This document shows positions 24,701-39,700 of a stretch of DNA of 64,000 nt, piece after piece. Numbering within the stretch: the stretch's first letter is position 1; every line of letters starts with the position of its first letter. The position numbers and the translations under genes are program-made. Where the stretch lies: contig NW_020846501.1 of NCBI RefSeq assembly GCF_003704095.1, positions 1-64,000 of the forward strand, read 5' to 3'. The DNA comes from Pocillopora damicornis (taxonomy: Eukaryota). Under the pieces are notes generated by a model that worked only from the letters and a program-made list of their open reading frames with translations, was not told the DNA's origin and did not search any database.

Positions 24701-27700
24701 TTGGTCCTTCGCGTTTTCCCGCGCTTCATACAGTTTAATTTTACCTTGAGTCCTTAGTAGCTTCTTGTGACTCTTTTTTCCACGAGAATATAAACTCGAT
24801 AGCTAACATATCATGGCGCGCAAATGACGCTTACTGTCCAACTACACAGCATGTATACTGTCCCATCACAATGTTTATTCACAAGCATGACTGGTGTGTC
24901 CTACTTGTGCTCAAATCTGGCTACTTTAAACCGATCACGTTCGAGAATTTTATCTTAGCTCTGACCATGCATTCATAAAGTCATCATCAGCAACACTTTA
25001 ACTAAATACTCAACATGATATCTACAGACATAGTAAAACAGTTTCCCGCTAAGCGGTCACGTGAAACTTACTTTCATCACACAGGTCTCCCAGGAATCCC
25101 GGTCGACAAGAACATGCACCAGTCACTTTATTGCACTTCGCATCATTTTTACACAAGCATTTAAATTTACAGTCCTTTCCAAATCTTTCCCCCGGACATG
25201 CTATCACAAGGAGATAATGATAAAAAATTGTAAGTAAAGTTTAATGCGCAAAGCTGAATTGCCTTCACGTTCTCTCATGAGAAGAAGAATACCACCTACA
25301 AATGGTGTGGAGGATGAAATATTTCAAATAGTGCTTAGCCAACGAGCAGGCCCTCATCTTTAACGTTACAGGGCGTGCGCTTTTCCACCGGCAGGAGGAT
25401 TTGAGACGAATCGGGGAGAGGTTTATCGGGGGCTGGCACTAATAATGTGTTAGAATCATTACAGGCCTCTCGCAGGCCCTATACTTCTGCGTGGGTGAAA
25501 CGCACCTGCTAATAATGAGGGGTAGTTCGCAAGCTTGACGGTACTTGTTGTTTCAGTTTAACTCCTAACTTAAAGCTACTTCCTTGTTTTAGCGTGCAAC
25601 CCAAAGAGGGAAGTTCCCGCACAATACCCAAGGCCTATGAAGAAATATATTATACTCAAGCTACATGTGTCCGTTTCATTTTGACTTTTCAGAAATGATT
25701 CTCCTTTCATACGATGCTTATCTCAGCAATAGACAGCAGAAACTACGACCAAATTTTCTTTATAGGAAATAGTATTTAATCCTCTTAGAATGCCAGCATT
25801 TGATGGCATCATACTCGTTTAAAATTCAACTGGGAATCTTCAAGTGTTTCATAGTATCCAGACGACCGGTAATTTTAAAGCTTATTCCGATTTCTTTGGC
25901 AGGAAGTGACTAAAAGTATTGTTATTCCCTTGAATTTAGTGCTGGTTTATCACATTTCATCCTTCAGCTTTTCGTTAGGTCGCCTTGATAATTGACCAGA
26001 ACCCGTTCATACCATTGGGCGAAGAAAGGTAACATGGGAGAAAAATGTCTTGTTCGAGAACACAAGAAAATTATGCCGGTTAGAGATCGAAGCCAGGCTA
26101 CTTGAACCCGATTACAGCGCAGTAGACATCAGGCTGCTGCGTTCAAGTTTCTATAATTTCATACTCACGATCATTGCATAAAATTCCAGTCCAACCCGGA
26201 GAGCAAAGACATTGTCCAATTCTAATGTCACACCGCGCACCATTTTGACAGTCGTCACATGTCATACGACAGCCAGGACCGATGTACCCCGGAGGACAGG
26301 CTGAAAGAGAAAAACAAAGGAGAGATGATTGGAAACTTAGACTATGGCGTACACGAACCAAAATCTAAGTGTTGTTTTTACTGGAACAGCTTCACTTTAT
26401 TTGTTGATGCTAAAGCACACCAGATATAGTTGTCCTTTCCTTTCAGTAATCTGCTGGTTTCTTTAAGATCCTTGTGCTCAAGTTTTGGTTGATGCGTTCA
26501 GACAGTTTAATCCGCGTTTCATCGATTTTTCAGAATCAGGTTCTGCACAAGATTCTTGATTTCATGCCTTTACCTTGGATTCCCTGTAGGTCTTTCCGGT
26601 GTGCAATGCTGGTGTCTTCAATGATTTCGGGACTTTTAGCTGGAAGCGCAGTGAAAATTTTTGATACTGCAGAGAGGAAAAAGGGTTAATTTGATAAAAA
26701 ATCTTTCATTCAAAAGTGAATTTTGTTATATATGTGTCTGGTCTGGCTGTAAGGGCAATCGTTAGTTTCCGTTAAGCGATCAGTCCTTCAGACCGACTGT
26801 TCATTCGCCAGTCAGTCATTTAGTAATCAGTCAGTCAGTTAGTGAGTCGGTCAGTCAGTTAGTCAGTCAGTTAGTGAGTCGGTCAGTCAGTTAGTCAGTC
26901 AGTCAGTTAGTTTGTCAATTGGTCGTTTGGTCAATCAATCGGTAAGTCAGTGAGTCAGTCAGTCAGTGAGTCAGTCGGTCAATCAGTTTGACTGGAGCTT
27001 GTCAATCGGTCAGTCATGAAAATTCAGTTTGTCGGTAGGCTTGTCAATCAGCCAGTGAGCCAGCTAATCAGCCAGTAGTTTAGTTGTGGTCAGCCAGGTG
27101 GTAGGTTAAACAGTCAGTAAGTCAGCCAATCAGTCAGTCTGTAAATCTGTTTTTCACTTAATTAGTCGGTCTGCCAGCAAGTCAGTCAGTCAGTCAGATT
27201 GTCAGTCTGTCAGTCAGTCAGTCACTAAGTTGGTCAGTCAGCCAGTCAGTAGGTCATCCAATCAGTCAGTCAGTAGGTCATCCAATCAGTCAGTCATTCA
27301 GTTAATCCGTCATTCACTTAATTGGTTAGTGTATTAGCCAGTCAGTCAGTCAGTCAGTAAATCTGTCAATCACTTAATTGGTCAGTCTGTCAGCCAGTCA
27401 GTCCTAAGACACACCACCGACATAACTCACCTTTGCAAGACCTTTGATCTGAATCTAAAACATAACCTGTTCGGCGACAAAAACATCGAAAAGAGCCGAC
27501 AGTATTTTGACAGCCTTGACTACAACCAGAAATGCCCTGAAATAAAGTGTATCAATTATTCACCAATAGCAAGCATCGTGAGTTGCGAGAAATGAGTTTA
27601 AACTTGCTGACTGTTTCTAGCATAAAACCACAGCATAAAATTGGAACCTCTGACGTGCCTTACCATCTTACACTCATCCAAGTCTACACATCGTCGTGGA

Positions 27701-30700
27701 TTCCCAAGCGCGCGTACGTAACCGTTTGCACATTCGCACCTACGAAATAAGTTTAGTAATTTTAATATACTCGGCTGACCAATTAAGGCCGAAAAGAGTA
27801 AATGAGGTAATGTCCAAAAATATGACAACGCTCACAGTGCATTTGCTGTGTAGTTAAACTTGGTCTTTCTAGGACAGAATATATACTCACTGCTTTTTTT
27901 TTTTTATTCAGAATGATAGACTTATGATACCTGTAGGATCCAAAAGCATTGATGCAGCGTTGTTGACACATTCCGTTCCGCACTGTGCACTCATTAAAAT
28001 CTGTAATAGACGAGTAGAAGACTAAATTATTGAGAACAACTCGTGGATTCATCAAACATGTAAGGTAACGTTTACTTTTCTTTCACAAGTTTGAGATTTT
28101 CAAACTCATCCAATCGAATTTCCTCCAGGTTTCACGTCATCAAGTTTCCAACCTAGTCCTCTTCGGTGTCCAATTAAGTGCCACCTCGAGTTTCCCTAGA
28201 TATTAGGGCGAGTTTGATTAGGGGTAACGAGTTGCAATTTTTTTAATAAGCGACCACAAATAAAATGTTTACCTTTTCTGTGGTATTCGTAAGCAACAAT
28301 ACCCGCGCAGTTGTTTTTAATTGAGACCTATCGTCATCGAAAAACTAAAAGTGTGCTTTCGTGTTTGTACATTGGTCTGCCATCACGCCATCTTAGAACG
28401 CAAAACCTCACATTAACCTTCTAGTGCCCTCGGTCACTCGTCACACCGGAGTGCGTGAAACTCTGAGGTTGTGCGGAGAAGCACTGAATCCGAAGATCTG
28501 AAAATCGATTCCTTATGGAAACTCAGAGTTTTTCCTTTTCCTACGTTTGTGATAAGACGAAAGCGTTTTCAGAGACATCCATGTTTTAGCTAAACCATTT
28601 CACAGGATAAGCTTCATAATATTATAATCATACAATATATACTAAATTATGCGCGCGTTTTGATCTGTTGTTACTTAGAGGACAGACGCATATATAACTT
28701 CACCATTAACAATATTTTGCTTTTTTATCACATAAAACAAATGGATTCCATGTTGCTGTGGATCTGCAAAGTAACAGATCACAAAAGACGTCAAAATGTG
28801 GTGAGAACATCACTAACATACTCGGCTGCGCCTCGTGTGTCAATTTTTTTTGTTCTTACCACATTTTAACGTCATCTGTGATCCATTACAGAACAGACAC
28901 TCGATAACATGGAATTAATTTGTTTTTTAGACAGTCATCCTGAGAGATCGTGAGAATCTCGGCTCCAATAACTGATGAATATTGGCAACTCTAAGAATCT
29001 TTTAGTAGAAGTAATAATCAAGAGACTTGTTATGACCGCAAGGCATAACACCTTTGTCATGAACAAACAAAGTAGAGTAGATTCATGCGAAACAATAATA
29101 TAGGATAGCATATAAAATAACAGAATCCGCGCTTTAACAAGACAGCTTGTCAGGACTGAAGAAGATCAGAAAATGTTATTTATGAAACACAAATAACAAA
29201 GACTTCGAAAACAATGAATCATGTTCAGTATTCAGTGCTCACGTTTGAAACATAATGTTCTCCAGAACCTGTGAACTGAGTTTCATGAGCGAAGGATACT
29301 TCTGACTGTCAGGGGACAAATTTTTACATAATAAAGTTTTTCATACTGAGCAGAAAAAGTTCTTCAAGAAATGATTCCACGTAGCTTTCTATTATCATTG
29401 TGATCTAAAGTTGGATTCGTCTTGCTGCGAGCATCATGGAACTCACCCCAGCCCCCAAGGCTGTATCGAGGTTATATCAGAAGTCGCAAAGAGTACTTCT
29501 TTGCCCTCCCCCCTCATAAGGCTATGTAATATTTTTGTAATCCCCTGTAATTGGTTAATTGGCCGTCAATTTTACGTAGTCCCTCCTTTATTTTCTGTTG
29601 ACTGATCCTCCCTTTGTTCTCCTTAAAACTATGCACCCATCCCCTCTCCTCAAAAAAAAATTCCTCCGATCTTCCCCCCCCTCCCCTTCAGGCAATGAAT
29701 TATGTCTCATTTCTAATCTAGTTTGGTCAAGGTCTGTATCATTTTTGAGTCCTGATGGCCTTTGTCGCCGTACTTGTCAGGTCGAAATTAATCCTTTAAG
29801 GCTAAAGAGTATCAAAATTAATCGACGAGTACATTTATTTTCTTCTCAGTCACGAGAAAGTGTTAACTCTTGGAACAATGAAACAGCCCCCGTTTTTTCA
29901 TTCCAACAGCGCAACGGCGGACCATGGAGACTTGCTTTGAAAAGAAATTATAATTTGATAGATACCATCAATTAGTCACAACATAATTACGTTTTCTCAG
30001 AGTTTGTCTTAAACATATCGTATTTCTCTCGACGAAGGCTTACCCATGATGAACGAAAACAAAGTATTATAAACAACAGAACATTTATCTAAGAGTTTTA
30101 ATAACACTAGCCTTCGTCAGCTGCCTGAATTTTAAAATAATCTATAAACCCTCTTGAAATGGGAGACATGACATGAAAAAGTTTTAAATGATTTCTTAGT
30201 CACTCGAAAGTAAACTGTTCAAACGAGGCTGTTAATCGAAGCCATGTCCGTTATGTAATGCCCTGTTCGCACCAACAAAACATGCTTAGTCAATCCAGGT
30301 GTCCCTGAACAAAATTCAACATTAGAAAACTGAAAAGCTGAATTTCACGAAGGGTTTAAGTTCTCATTAACGTTCATTTTTATTGTACCAAATTTGGAGT
30401 CGAAAAATGGGGTACAAGTCTATGAAGGAAGCACGACAGCTGTTTGCAAACGTCTACGCTTGGGGCAATATAACACGTGTTTTGAGTCCTGCAGGACCTT
30501 ACTTCAAGCAACTGCGTTTAACAAAACCCAGCTTCCGCTCAAATGAGCAAACTTGGTGTGACGACTGGCATGGATTTGATTTTATAAACCGACAAGTAAT
30601 TGTCATCGAGCGAAAGCAGAACCGTCTGTCAGCTTCTTATGGTTTGATTTGATTCAGAAGTAGTTTGTACGTGCACATATGGCCGACAGAATTTCCTCTT

Positions 30701-32162
30701 TGGCATCCTGTCACACTAAACTCCTAGAAACATTACTGTATACAGAGAAACTTTAAAGAGCAAGTAACTGCACGAAACAGAGAAATACTAGCTCTGAAAA
30801 AGACTAATTTCAAGTGGTGAAGTCTTTTTTTTTTTTTTAAGGAAAAAAAAAAAAAAGAGCGTAAGTAGCCTTCCTCGAGGCAGCGCAAGCCTCGAAGTTT
30901 CATTGGTTGGCACCAAGTTAGCTTTGATTTTCAGTGAATCTCCTATTTCCTCCCATTTTGATTTTACTCATGCGAGACCAGAGACCAGGTCGTGTGCAGC
31001 TGATACAAGTCATGACTTCAGTATATCAAGCTGAAATTCTATGTCAGATAAGTTACAGCTGCGAAGAGATTATACGCTGTAACCTCAGGAGCCTCGTAAT
31101 CCTTAAGGTAATTATCTTAAGAAAGATAATCACGGGATAACGCTACCTGCAGAAAGATCGTTTGACAGAGAACAGGGAAGAAATCCCTCATGAAAGGTCT
31201 AATGTTTCTTAAAACGCCTAAAGGGCAAACATGTAGAAATAATTATTACAATTCCACATAGCTTCAGTTAAAGACATTCCTGTATTGTATCAGATGATTC
31301 TTGAAATATTGACTCGAGTTGTGGAAATGGACTTCGCTTGAGATCACAGTCTAAAAACTCCTCTTTTCAATCAATAGTTGATAATATGAACGATAAATTG
31401 GCGTTGTGGAGACAATCTTATCGCGACTTATATAGCTATACTCAATTCATAGCTTGTCATGTCTTGTTATCATTACAGTTTTATAACTTTCAAGAACGAT
31501 TGCCGCAAGAATAATATGATCTACTGACAATTTGACTTATCGCGCGCGAAATTAAGCCCCCCTGCTATTTTATGCTTGCGGTTTACTGAGATGTCAGTTC
31601 AGCGCTTCTAATAATTAATAAAAACAATCACGTTTTCCGTTCCTTTAAAGTGCTTAAAAAAATGAATTTAAAGAAGCGAGGAGTCTTTATTTTTATCCGA
31701 TGCTCAATTAGAACAAGGAAAACCGACTTAGTGTCTCAAGTTGCCATCGAGGAGAACAAACGGAAGATGTCCGCATTACACTGAGACACGAGTAGACATT
31801 CATGATTGGGTCAAAGAAATATTCTGTTGACAGAGTTTAGCACGCAAAATAGGTTGTTCTTAATGTTTTTCCGAAGTCAGCAATGTTAGTGTTCATAATG
31901 CTTGGCAATGTGGGACTTTTTAAAACGCTTTCCTATTCTAAAACATACTACAAGTAGTGAAATTTCGAAATCACTTATTATACAGCTTACCTCTGCATTG
32001 GCAGCGATTCACAAGCCTGAATCCTCTTCTACAGATACAACGAATTCCTCCCAGAGTGTTTATACATCCATGCTGGCAACAAGATCCGTCGAATCCTAAA
32101 CATTCCACCAAGACGTAAAGAATTACCACAAGCCTTATGACGCTCTTACGAAGAGAATTCAT
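12740..32162 (-). CDS. Secreted multiple-EGF-like-domain protein (MEGF6-like), ~1100 aa, 27 coding exons
   Basis: Exons (minus): 32162-31991 (signal peptide + EGF), 28000-27931, 27739-27664, 27536-27431 (Ca-binding-type EGFs), 26666-26574 (linker), then 21 phase 1-1 EGF/laminin-EGF exons: 26300-26169, 25200-25072, 24394-24266, 24192-24058, 23328-23194, 21599-21471, 21139-21011, 20882-20754, 20580-20452, 20287-20159, 19703-19578, 19507-19328, 18812-18684, 18072-17977, 17521-17393, 16909-16781, 16280-16155, 15784-15656, 14639-14511, 14088-13960, 13185-13060. Last exon 12801-12740 ([20 protein letters not shown]). No TM helix seen. Confidence 0.9.
17060..17135 (-). mobile_element. Degenerate Penelope-like terminal repeat remnant
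   Basis: Minus strand gacttccgctcaggctaacgaaacgttagtcac keeps the GAAACGT half of a PLE hammerhead; the CUGA.GA core is missing. Confidence 0.35.
22450..22569 (+). tRNA. tRNA-Leu(CAA) with 36-nt intron (22488-22523)
   Basis: GTCAGGATGGCCGAGCGGTCGAAGGCGCCAGACT-CAA-G [intron] TTCTGGTCTCCAAATGGAGGCGTGGGTTCGAATCCCACTCCTGACA. Acceptor stem pairs, long variable arm present, T-tract terminator downstream. Lies antisense inside a MEGF intron. Confidence 0.95.
26800..27403. repeat. Degenerate (AGTC)n tetranucleotide satellite, ~600 bp
   Basis: Long runs of cagtcagtcagt with recurring cacttaattggtcagtctgtcagc sub-units; intronic. Confidence 0.9.
28640..28925. repeat. Dispersed repeat with internal inverted symmetry
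   Basis: gattccatgttgc...agatcacaaaagacgtcaaaatgtg...gtcatctgtgatc is also present at ~34815-35075 and partly at ~4860-4990. Confidence 0.65.
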
Positions 32163-32844
32163 CTTTCCACCAGTTTTGTGCCAAAGTTTAGGGCTAAGTG
32201 GTTACCGAATCAATGTAACCGACAAGTGTGTTGTAGCTGTCTTCTCTAGACACGCAAGCCGGAAATCGACAGATGCCCTAAATAGATTCATCAGATGAAT
32301 GCTTACTTCTGAAACCTTAGCCCTCTTTTAAACTAAACAGACCCGACAATTGTCAGCTTCGTGTACAAAAAACATAAACACTGCAACACCCCTTTGAAGT
32401 GCACCGATTTGCGCCAAACAGCCTCAGTTTACGGAAATCGATGTATTTTAAAAGTAATTCTTTTTTCTAGCGGGTTCAGGCTGCCGCAAATGTGTCTTGC
32501 AAATGCATCACGATCATCCCTGGCGCTAATTGACGATTTAAACTTTGACTGACTGAAGTCTTTGAAGTTTTCAAACACCGCGTAATGAAGAAAGAACTAC
32601 CCGCAGGTTTATGCAATTTGTCCGACACTGAAAATATTTTCTCCACATGACAGACTTCCGTAAGGGAACCGAAACGCAATATCCATCGACAGCACAAGAG
32701 AGCTGTATCCATGTTCTCACCCCAGCTTATTTACCCGCTGCCGAGGTGAGTGGGGGAGAGGGGTGGTGCGGCGGATGTTTCTAGATCATTTACTGATCAA
32801 ACTGAATGGATTCCCCAAGGAGGGCTCTCTTTGTATCCTTGTGA

Positions 32845-33054
32845 TTAACCCTTTAACTCCCATGAGTGACCAAGAAAGAATTTCTCCTTACAATATCAAT
32901 GCAATATCAACCAGATAAGTGATGAGAATAAAGAAACTATCAATTTAGGGATAATTAGTTGATCCAATGCTAAATTCTCTGAACTAACATTATAAGAATT
33001 GTGTGGTTGACAGTAAGGAGAATGACAAATTTGATCTGGGAGTTAAAGGGTTAA
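32845..33054. mobile_element. piggyBac-like MITE, complete, with TTAA target duplication
   Basis: TTAA|CCCTTTAACTCCC ... GGGAGTTAAAGGG|TTAA, 210 bp. Related copies at 35520-35733, 34427-34640, ~5935-6121, ~9310-9495, ~13314-13460, ~43078-43250, ~54258-54468. Confidence 0.85.
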
Positions 33055-33264
33055 GTTATTGGGAATAGACCAGGGATTCTTTATCTCTAGAAAAAAGAGG
33101 GGGGAGGGGTGGTGTAGGAGGATTTGAGGAGGATCACTTGGTGTTTAGGGGGAGCGAGAGGGGATCAGTCGGCGTTAAGAGAGTACAAAGGAGGCCACAA
33201 TTGAAAATTGACCGCCAATCAAAATATTGATGTTAAAGACAAATACTACAACCGTAGGTAATAA

Positions 33265-34113
33265 TGTTTCCCAGATCGATATACCAACCAGCGACTTTGC
33301 CAAAACTTAATTTCTTGCATCCTTACGACCTTCTATGGCAACTTGCAGAATTTTGAAGGCGTATTCTGTGGAGAGGGCGCCAAAAATGTGAAGAAAATGA
33401 TGGCTGCTTCCTATGATATCGAATTTTCCTGGCAAGAGTCGTTCCATAAATCAACTCGCCCACGATTGAGTAAAAGCAGCGACATCAAAAGTATGTGATT
33501 AGCAGCTCATTACGGGCGATGAAGGATTGGCATGTCGTAACAGCGTGACAGCTGTTTATAGTCACGCCAACTGCAAGAGATAACAGTGTCCTACCAGCCA
33601 ACGAACACTGGAATTATGCGGATCGCCGAGCCGTGCTATACTCTAGCAGAATAAGAAAGTTGTCAGGAAAGACAAACTGGCACCGATGATCGTGTAAAAC
33701 AATGCAGATTCGAAAATTCTCCATCCGGTTCGGGTGGGTCGATTGTCGAAGAACATCACTTGACCGGAGGTGTAGGTGTAGATTCTAATATCGGCATAGT
33801 CAGAGAAGTAGAAAACTCTGTGCAACTTTTCCGACTATGAGTTAAATGTATGAGCTGTAGCACTCAACGCGCAGATTGTGATGCTCCGGATAGCCGATGG
33901 TAACATTGGGTAATAAAAGTCTTGTTTCGGCGAGGGCAAACTTCCTAACTCAATACTCAAGACCACGGAATACTGCACGATAAAATAAAAACACACCACG
34001 ATATGGCTCCACATATTAAAAGCCTCATTATTAATGTAGAAAAGGCTTTGTAACATTCCCAGGTGCTGCTGTAAGGCTTCCGATACCGCTAATAACGAAG
34101 GCTCTTTGGAAAT
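33265..34113 (-). pseudogene. PAQR pseudogene, duplicate of 47752-48885
   Basis: Colinear with ~47865-48737 (e.g. gaagaaaatgatggctgcttcctatgatatcgaattttcctggcaagagtcgttc is identical). Carries deletions, in-frame stops and no 5' end. Confidence 0.92.
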
Positions 34114-34116
34114 TAG

Positions 34117-36019
<1,903 letters not shown>

Positions 36020-36347
36020 CCAGATATATGGTGGTTTGATGTGAGGCAAGTGATGCAAGTCCTGCTTTGGATGTCAGAAGACAGTCCCAACATTTGATAT
36101 TTTATTTGTTATAAACTAAGGAAGTGTATATTTTGTAGATCAGACAGGGGGGTGAAGTCATTATGACTTACTTTATTGATCTTGCTCTAAACCACAAGAA
36201 AGCAGACGGAAAGATGTTGTTTCATTTGACTTATGCGCGCACACACACACAATCAGATCATCTCTCCTGAGGTACGACAAAGTGCAAGTTTGTAACTTGC
36301 AGTATGAATGATAATCTTTTCATTATTGTTGAGTCATATTACTCTTT

Positions 36348-36562
36348 GGGTAATATAGTATTATCAGTTGATAACATAAATTGGCCACCGTAAAGAGTTT
36401 GAAAGCTGACGTTTCGAGCGTTAGCCCTTTGTCAGAGCGAAGGACTTGGGGCTAACGCTGAAAACGTCAGCTTCCAAACTCTTTACGGTGGTCAATTTAC
36501 GTTATCAACTCTGTTGCTGATACTATATTACCCTGTTATACTCTCCCACTGACGCAGCACCA
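36348..36562. mobile_element. Penelope-like element terminal repeat in inverted arrangement, with hammerhead motif
   Basis: Inverted arms 36348-36427 and 36449-36533. Minus 36438-36405 reads GCU-CUGAcaA-A-GGGC(UAAC)GCUC-GAAAC-GUC-AGC, a minimal type I hammerhead layout with G8>A. Confidence 0.65.
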
Positions 36563-36782
36563 AAGCATGGAAAACAGATAAAAAAGTTGATCTCAGCTTT
36601 TTGAAGCCATATGTTTTCCGTTGTATTAAATGGAGAGTTCTGCAGAGTCGCATCATACAATCATGATTGTAATGAAAGGTTCTTAAAAATTCTGCAAAAT
36701 GAACCACAAATATATTATCACTTGAAGAAGTGTGTTTTATTGTCATAAGTCGAAGGAATAGTTTCTTTGCTAAACACGTATT

Positions 36783-39700
36783 TTATCTTATATTCTTCCA
36801 ATTTACATCCGCGAGACCTTTTGGCGCGTACTGCTGTTGCGGAGGACTGGGTATAGGTATTTTCCAACCATCGTTCAGAGCATTGTTGGCCGACATGATA
36901 GCACCCTCAGAGTACCCCCGATAGGGATGATACGCGCTACCAATAACGTAGATCTCCTCTCCTGCAATAGGTCTCTTTGCCCATTGGGTGACTTGCTTCA
37001 TGGAAACGTGGCTTCCAGGTTTCTGTAAGTACCTTGAAATAAAGAAAGCGTATTCGGGATGGTCTGGGAGACTTGTTTTTATGACAGAACTGGAGTCGAA
37101 GTAGAAATTTTCCTTTTTAACCCAGTGTAAGATTTCACAGTTCTTTTATGAGTGTCCAGAATAATCCACATTTACATTAGTTTTGGTTGACTTCACCTTA
37201 TGATTGGTCGGAAAAAAACTTGTGTCACACATTCACAACCAATGGCGACCTGATTAATAATCTTTTCCTGACTCAGGAAATTCACTCATTACAACATTGA
37301 GTTTCATCGGCTCGTTTCATTCTTTTCCTTGGCTCTGATTGGTCATTGAAATAGCTTTTGTCTGTTTTCACGACACTCAATCAAAAGAAGAGATAGGTAG
37401 TCTGACGCAATGACAAGAGGGAAAAGAACACACTTCAAATGCACGACAGGATTGCTAGGTAATTGTTAATTTAAAGTACTACCCTTTTCAGTAATGATTA
37501 CAATGGCTGGCCTTCAGAGAGAATTCTCTTACCATGCACCTTCGTTCCAATACTGATACACTGTGCTCAGAGGTTTGGGGATTTTTCTGTTAAACTTGTA
37601 TTCCAAGGCGCGGTGAATTTCTCGGTCCATAACGTCTTTTGGTAATTTGAGGATCTCGCCCCATTTTTCGCCACAAACACCGTCCGTGTAAGCTACGTGA
37701 AGAACTGCCTCGCCATTTCGACCGCTCCCGCTGGTAATAAACGAGACAATTATTGAAAAGATAGGAATTTTTAAACTCGGTATTAAAATTAATAGAAAAA
37801 AGATAGCTTTTTCGCCTTGTCACAAGGCTGGAACCCATGAGGAATCGAACCCCAAACCTTTGGAAAAGAGGAAAAAAATGATTATGTTGTATCGCTTTAG
37901 AAACAAAATTATTCTAGACCGATAGAAAGCAGGGAAGTTTGCATTTTAATAAAAACCGCTCTAATTAGAGATTGTTTTACGTTAGTTACACGAATGGTAG
38001 TCGTAAAATTTAGAAAGCTAACTATTTCTCTTTTCCAATTACTTTTTTTTTCTTTTTTTTTTTTACGGAGCTTTGATATATATTGATGAGAATATACAGG
38101 TGTATCTTGTCAACAAGCCCCACCTATGTGGTAACGTCCATCCAAGACAATCACTGTTGGATAAAAATCTCTCCATAGGGTACAACTTGTCCTTCACATT
38201 CGTGATTTCTTCCCACCACGCCGTGGGGTACACTGCAGCCCCCTTAAATGCTGGGCGGGGTAGGATGGACTGAAATTCTGGTGCACGCTGAATCTGTTCC
38301 GCTACGCTGCCGCTGACACTTCCAAACGCACCCGGAGGAGCAGCCACAACTAATTTCCCAACGCTTACTTCGTATTGTGAAGTTTTAAGGGCGAACTGGT
38401 TTGTTTGTTTGTCTATTGATAGAATCTTGTGGTTATCACCCGTGAAAATTTTTGTGCCCAGACCTCTTGCCGATTTGGCCAAAGCCTCGATGAATGCCGA
38501 CATCCCTCTTAAAGGACGAATCTCTTTTCCTGTAAGTGCAGCTAGTTGTTCGTAGAATTCTACCACGCCTTCTGGACTACCGTCAAGGTCTCCATCATAC
38601 CCAAAAACGTCGAAATAAAACCTGGAACCTTCAGGTGTTAAATAGTGCTTCTGGAATGTTTCGAACGTTGCGAAATTGTGGACTTTATCGACATGTTCTT
38701 TTCTGAGTAGATAGTCCAACATTTGCGAACAAGTCATGTCTTTGAATTTTCCTTGAGTTAGAGCCGGGAATGATTTTCTTTTGATTTCATGCTCGTCCCG
38801 TGCGAAGAAACCTCTAGTTTCTGTTCGAGGATTTGAGTAAAAGTTCCAGTCTTTGTGAGGAATGTTTAGTCTGTTGAGGATATTCCTATGAAACAAAAAA
38901 TTTTGTGCACAATTGAAATTCAAATCGTCTCAATTGCACTACTAGCAAGTTGAACCCAAGAAAGAGAAAAAAAATTTAAGACTGTCCACGAGCTAAGTGG
39001 TCAACCAGCCGGAGCTTATTCCAGTTTCCATAGTGTTATGGCATAATCTAACCCACGGGAAATACTACCATTCCACAAACTCAACTACTTTATTAAACAG
39101 CAAATAATTTTCTTAACAAGGAGCAGTTCCCAAAACCAGTACAATACTTATCGTTCATAACCTTCATTAAGCCCACCACAGTCTATATCCCAGCTCACCA
39201 CTGGCACAATCTCACTGGTGTCTCCAAAGTTACCGGCCTTGGAATGAGCAATCTTCCGCAGTAACTCTCTCTCGGTACAGCTTTCAAAACAGTCGTCGCT
39301 CCGACAACAACAACTCCTACTACTTTTACGTAAGTGAGTCTTTATATTTATTTACAAAGTGTTCTGGAGCATTCTAGAGGCTCACATAAAAACTATTTTA
39401 GTAGTATTACTTAACAATTGCGTGACTTGATGAAATGTTTTAGAAAGTGCTTTGGTATGAAAGTCAGCATGACTCAGCAGTCTGGAGATTTCTAAAGGCT
39501 TACATTTACAACAATTGCTCATAACAATAGAATGAGGCGACTAGCAGTATAAGTACTCCCCCCTGGAGCAGTATAAGTACTCCCCCCTCTCCCCCGACAT
39601 TCCATCAGGCCTCCTGGCCCGACATATCGCCGTTACCCGTTCATACTCTTGGGTTAAAAGAGGCACAGTTAGGGTAAAGTATTTTACCCAAGAATACACC

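Noticed and set aside
26800-27403. CRISPR-like or coding repeat array
   Set aside because: Simple degenerate AGTC microsatellite in a eukaryotic intron, with no repeat-spacer structure.
28000-31990. Short ORFs (60-125 aa) in the large MEGF intron and other intergenic regions
   Set aside because: No recognisable motifs, many non-ATG starts and overlap with repeats; expected by chance.
37826-37865. tRNA gene on minus (ggttcgattcct T-arm)
   Set aside because: Only a B-box fragment with no cloverleaf; similar SINE-like remnants occur at ~28480-28560 and ~40260-40330.
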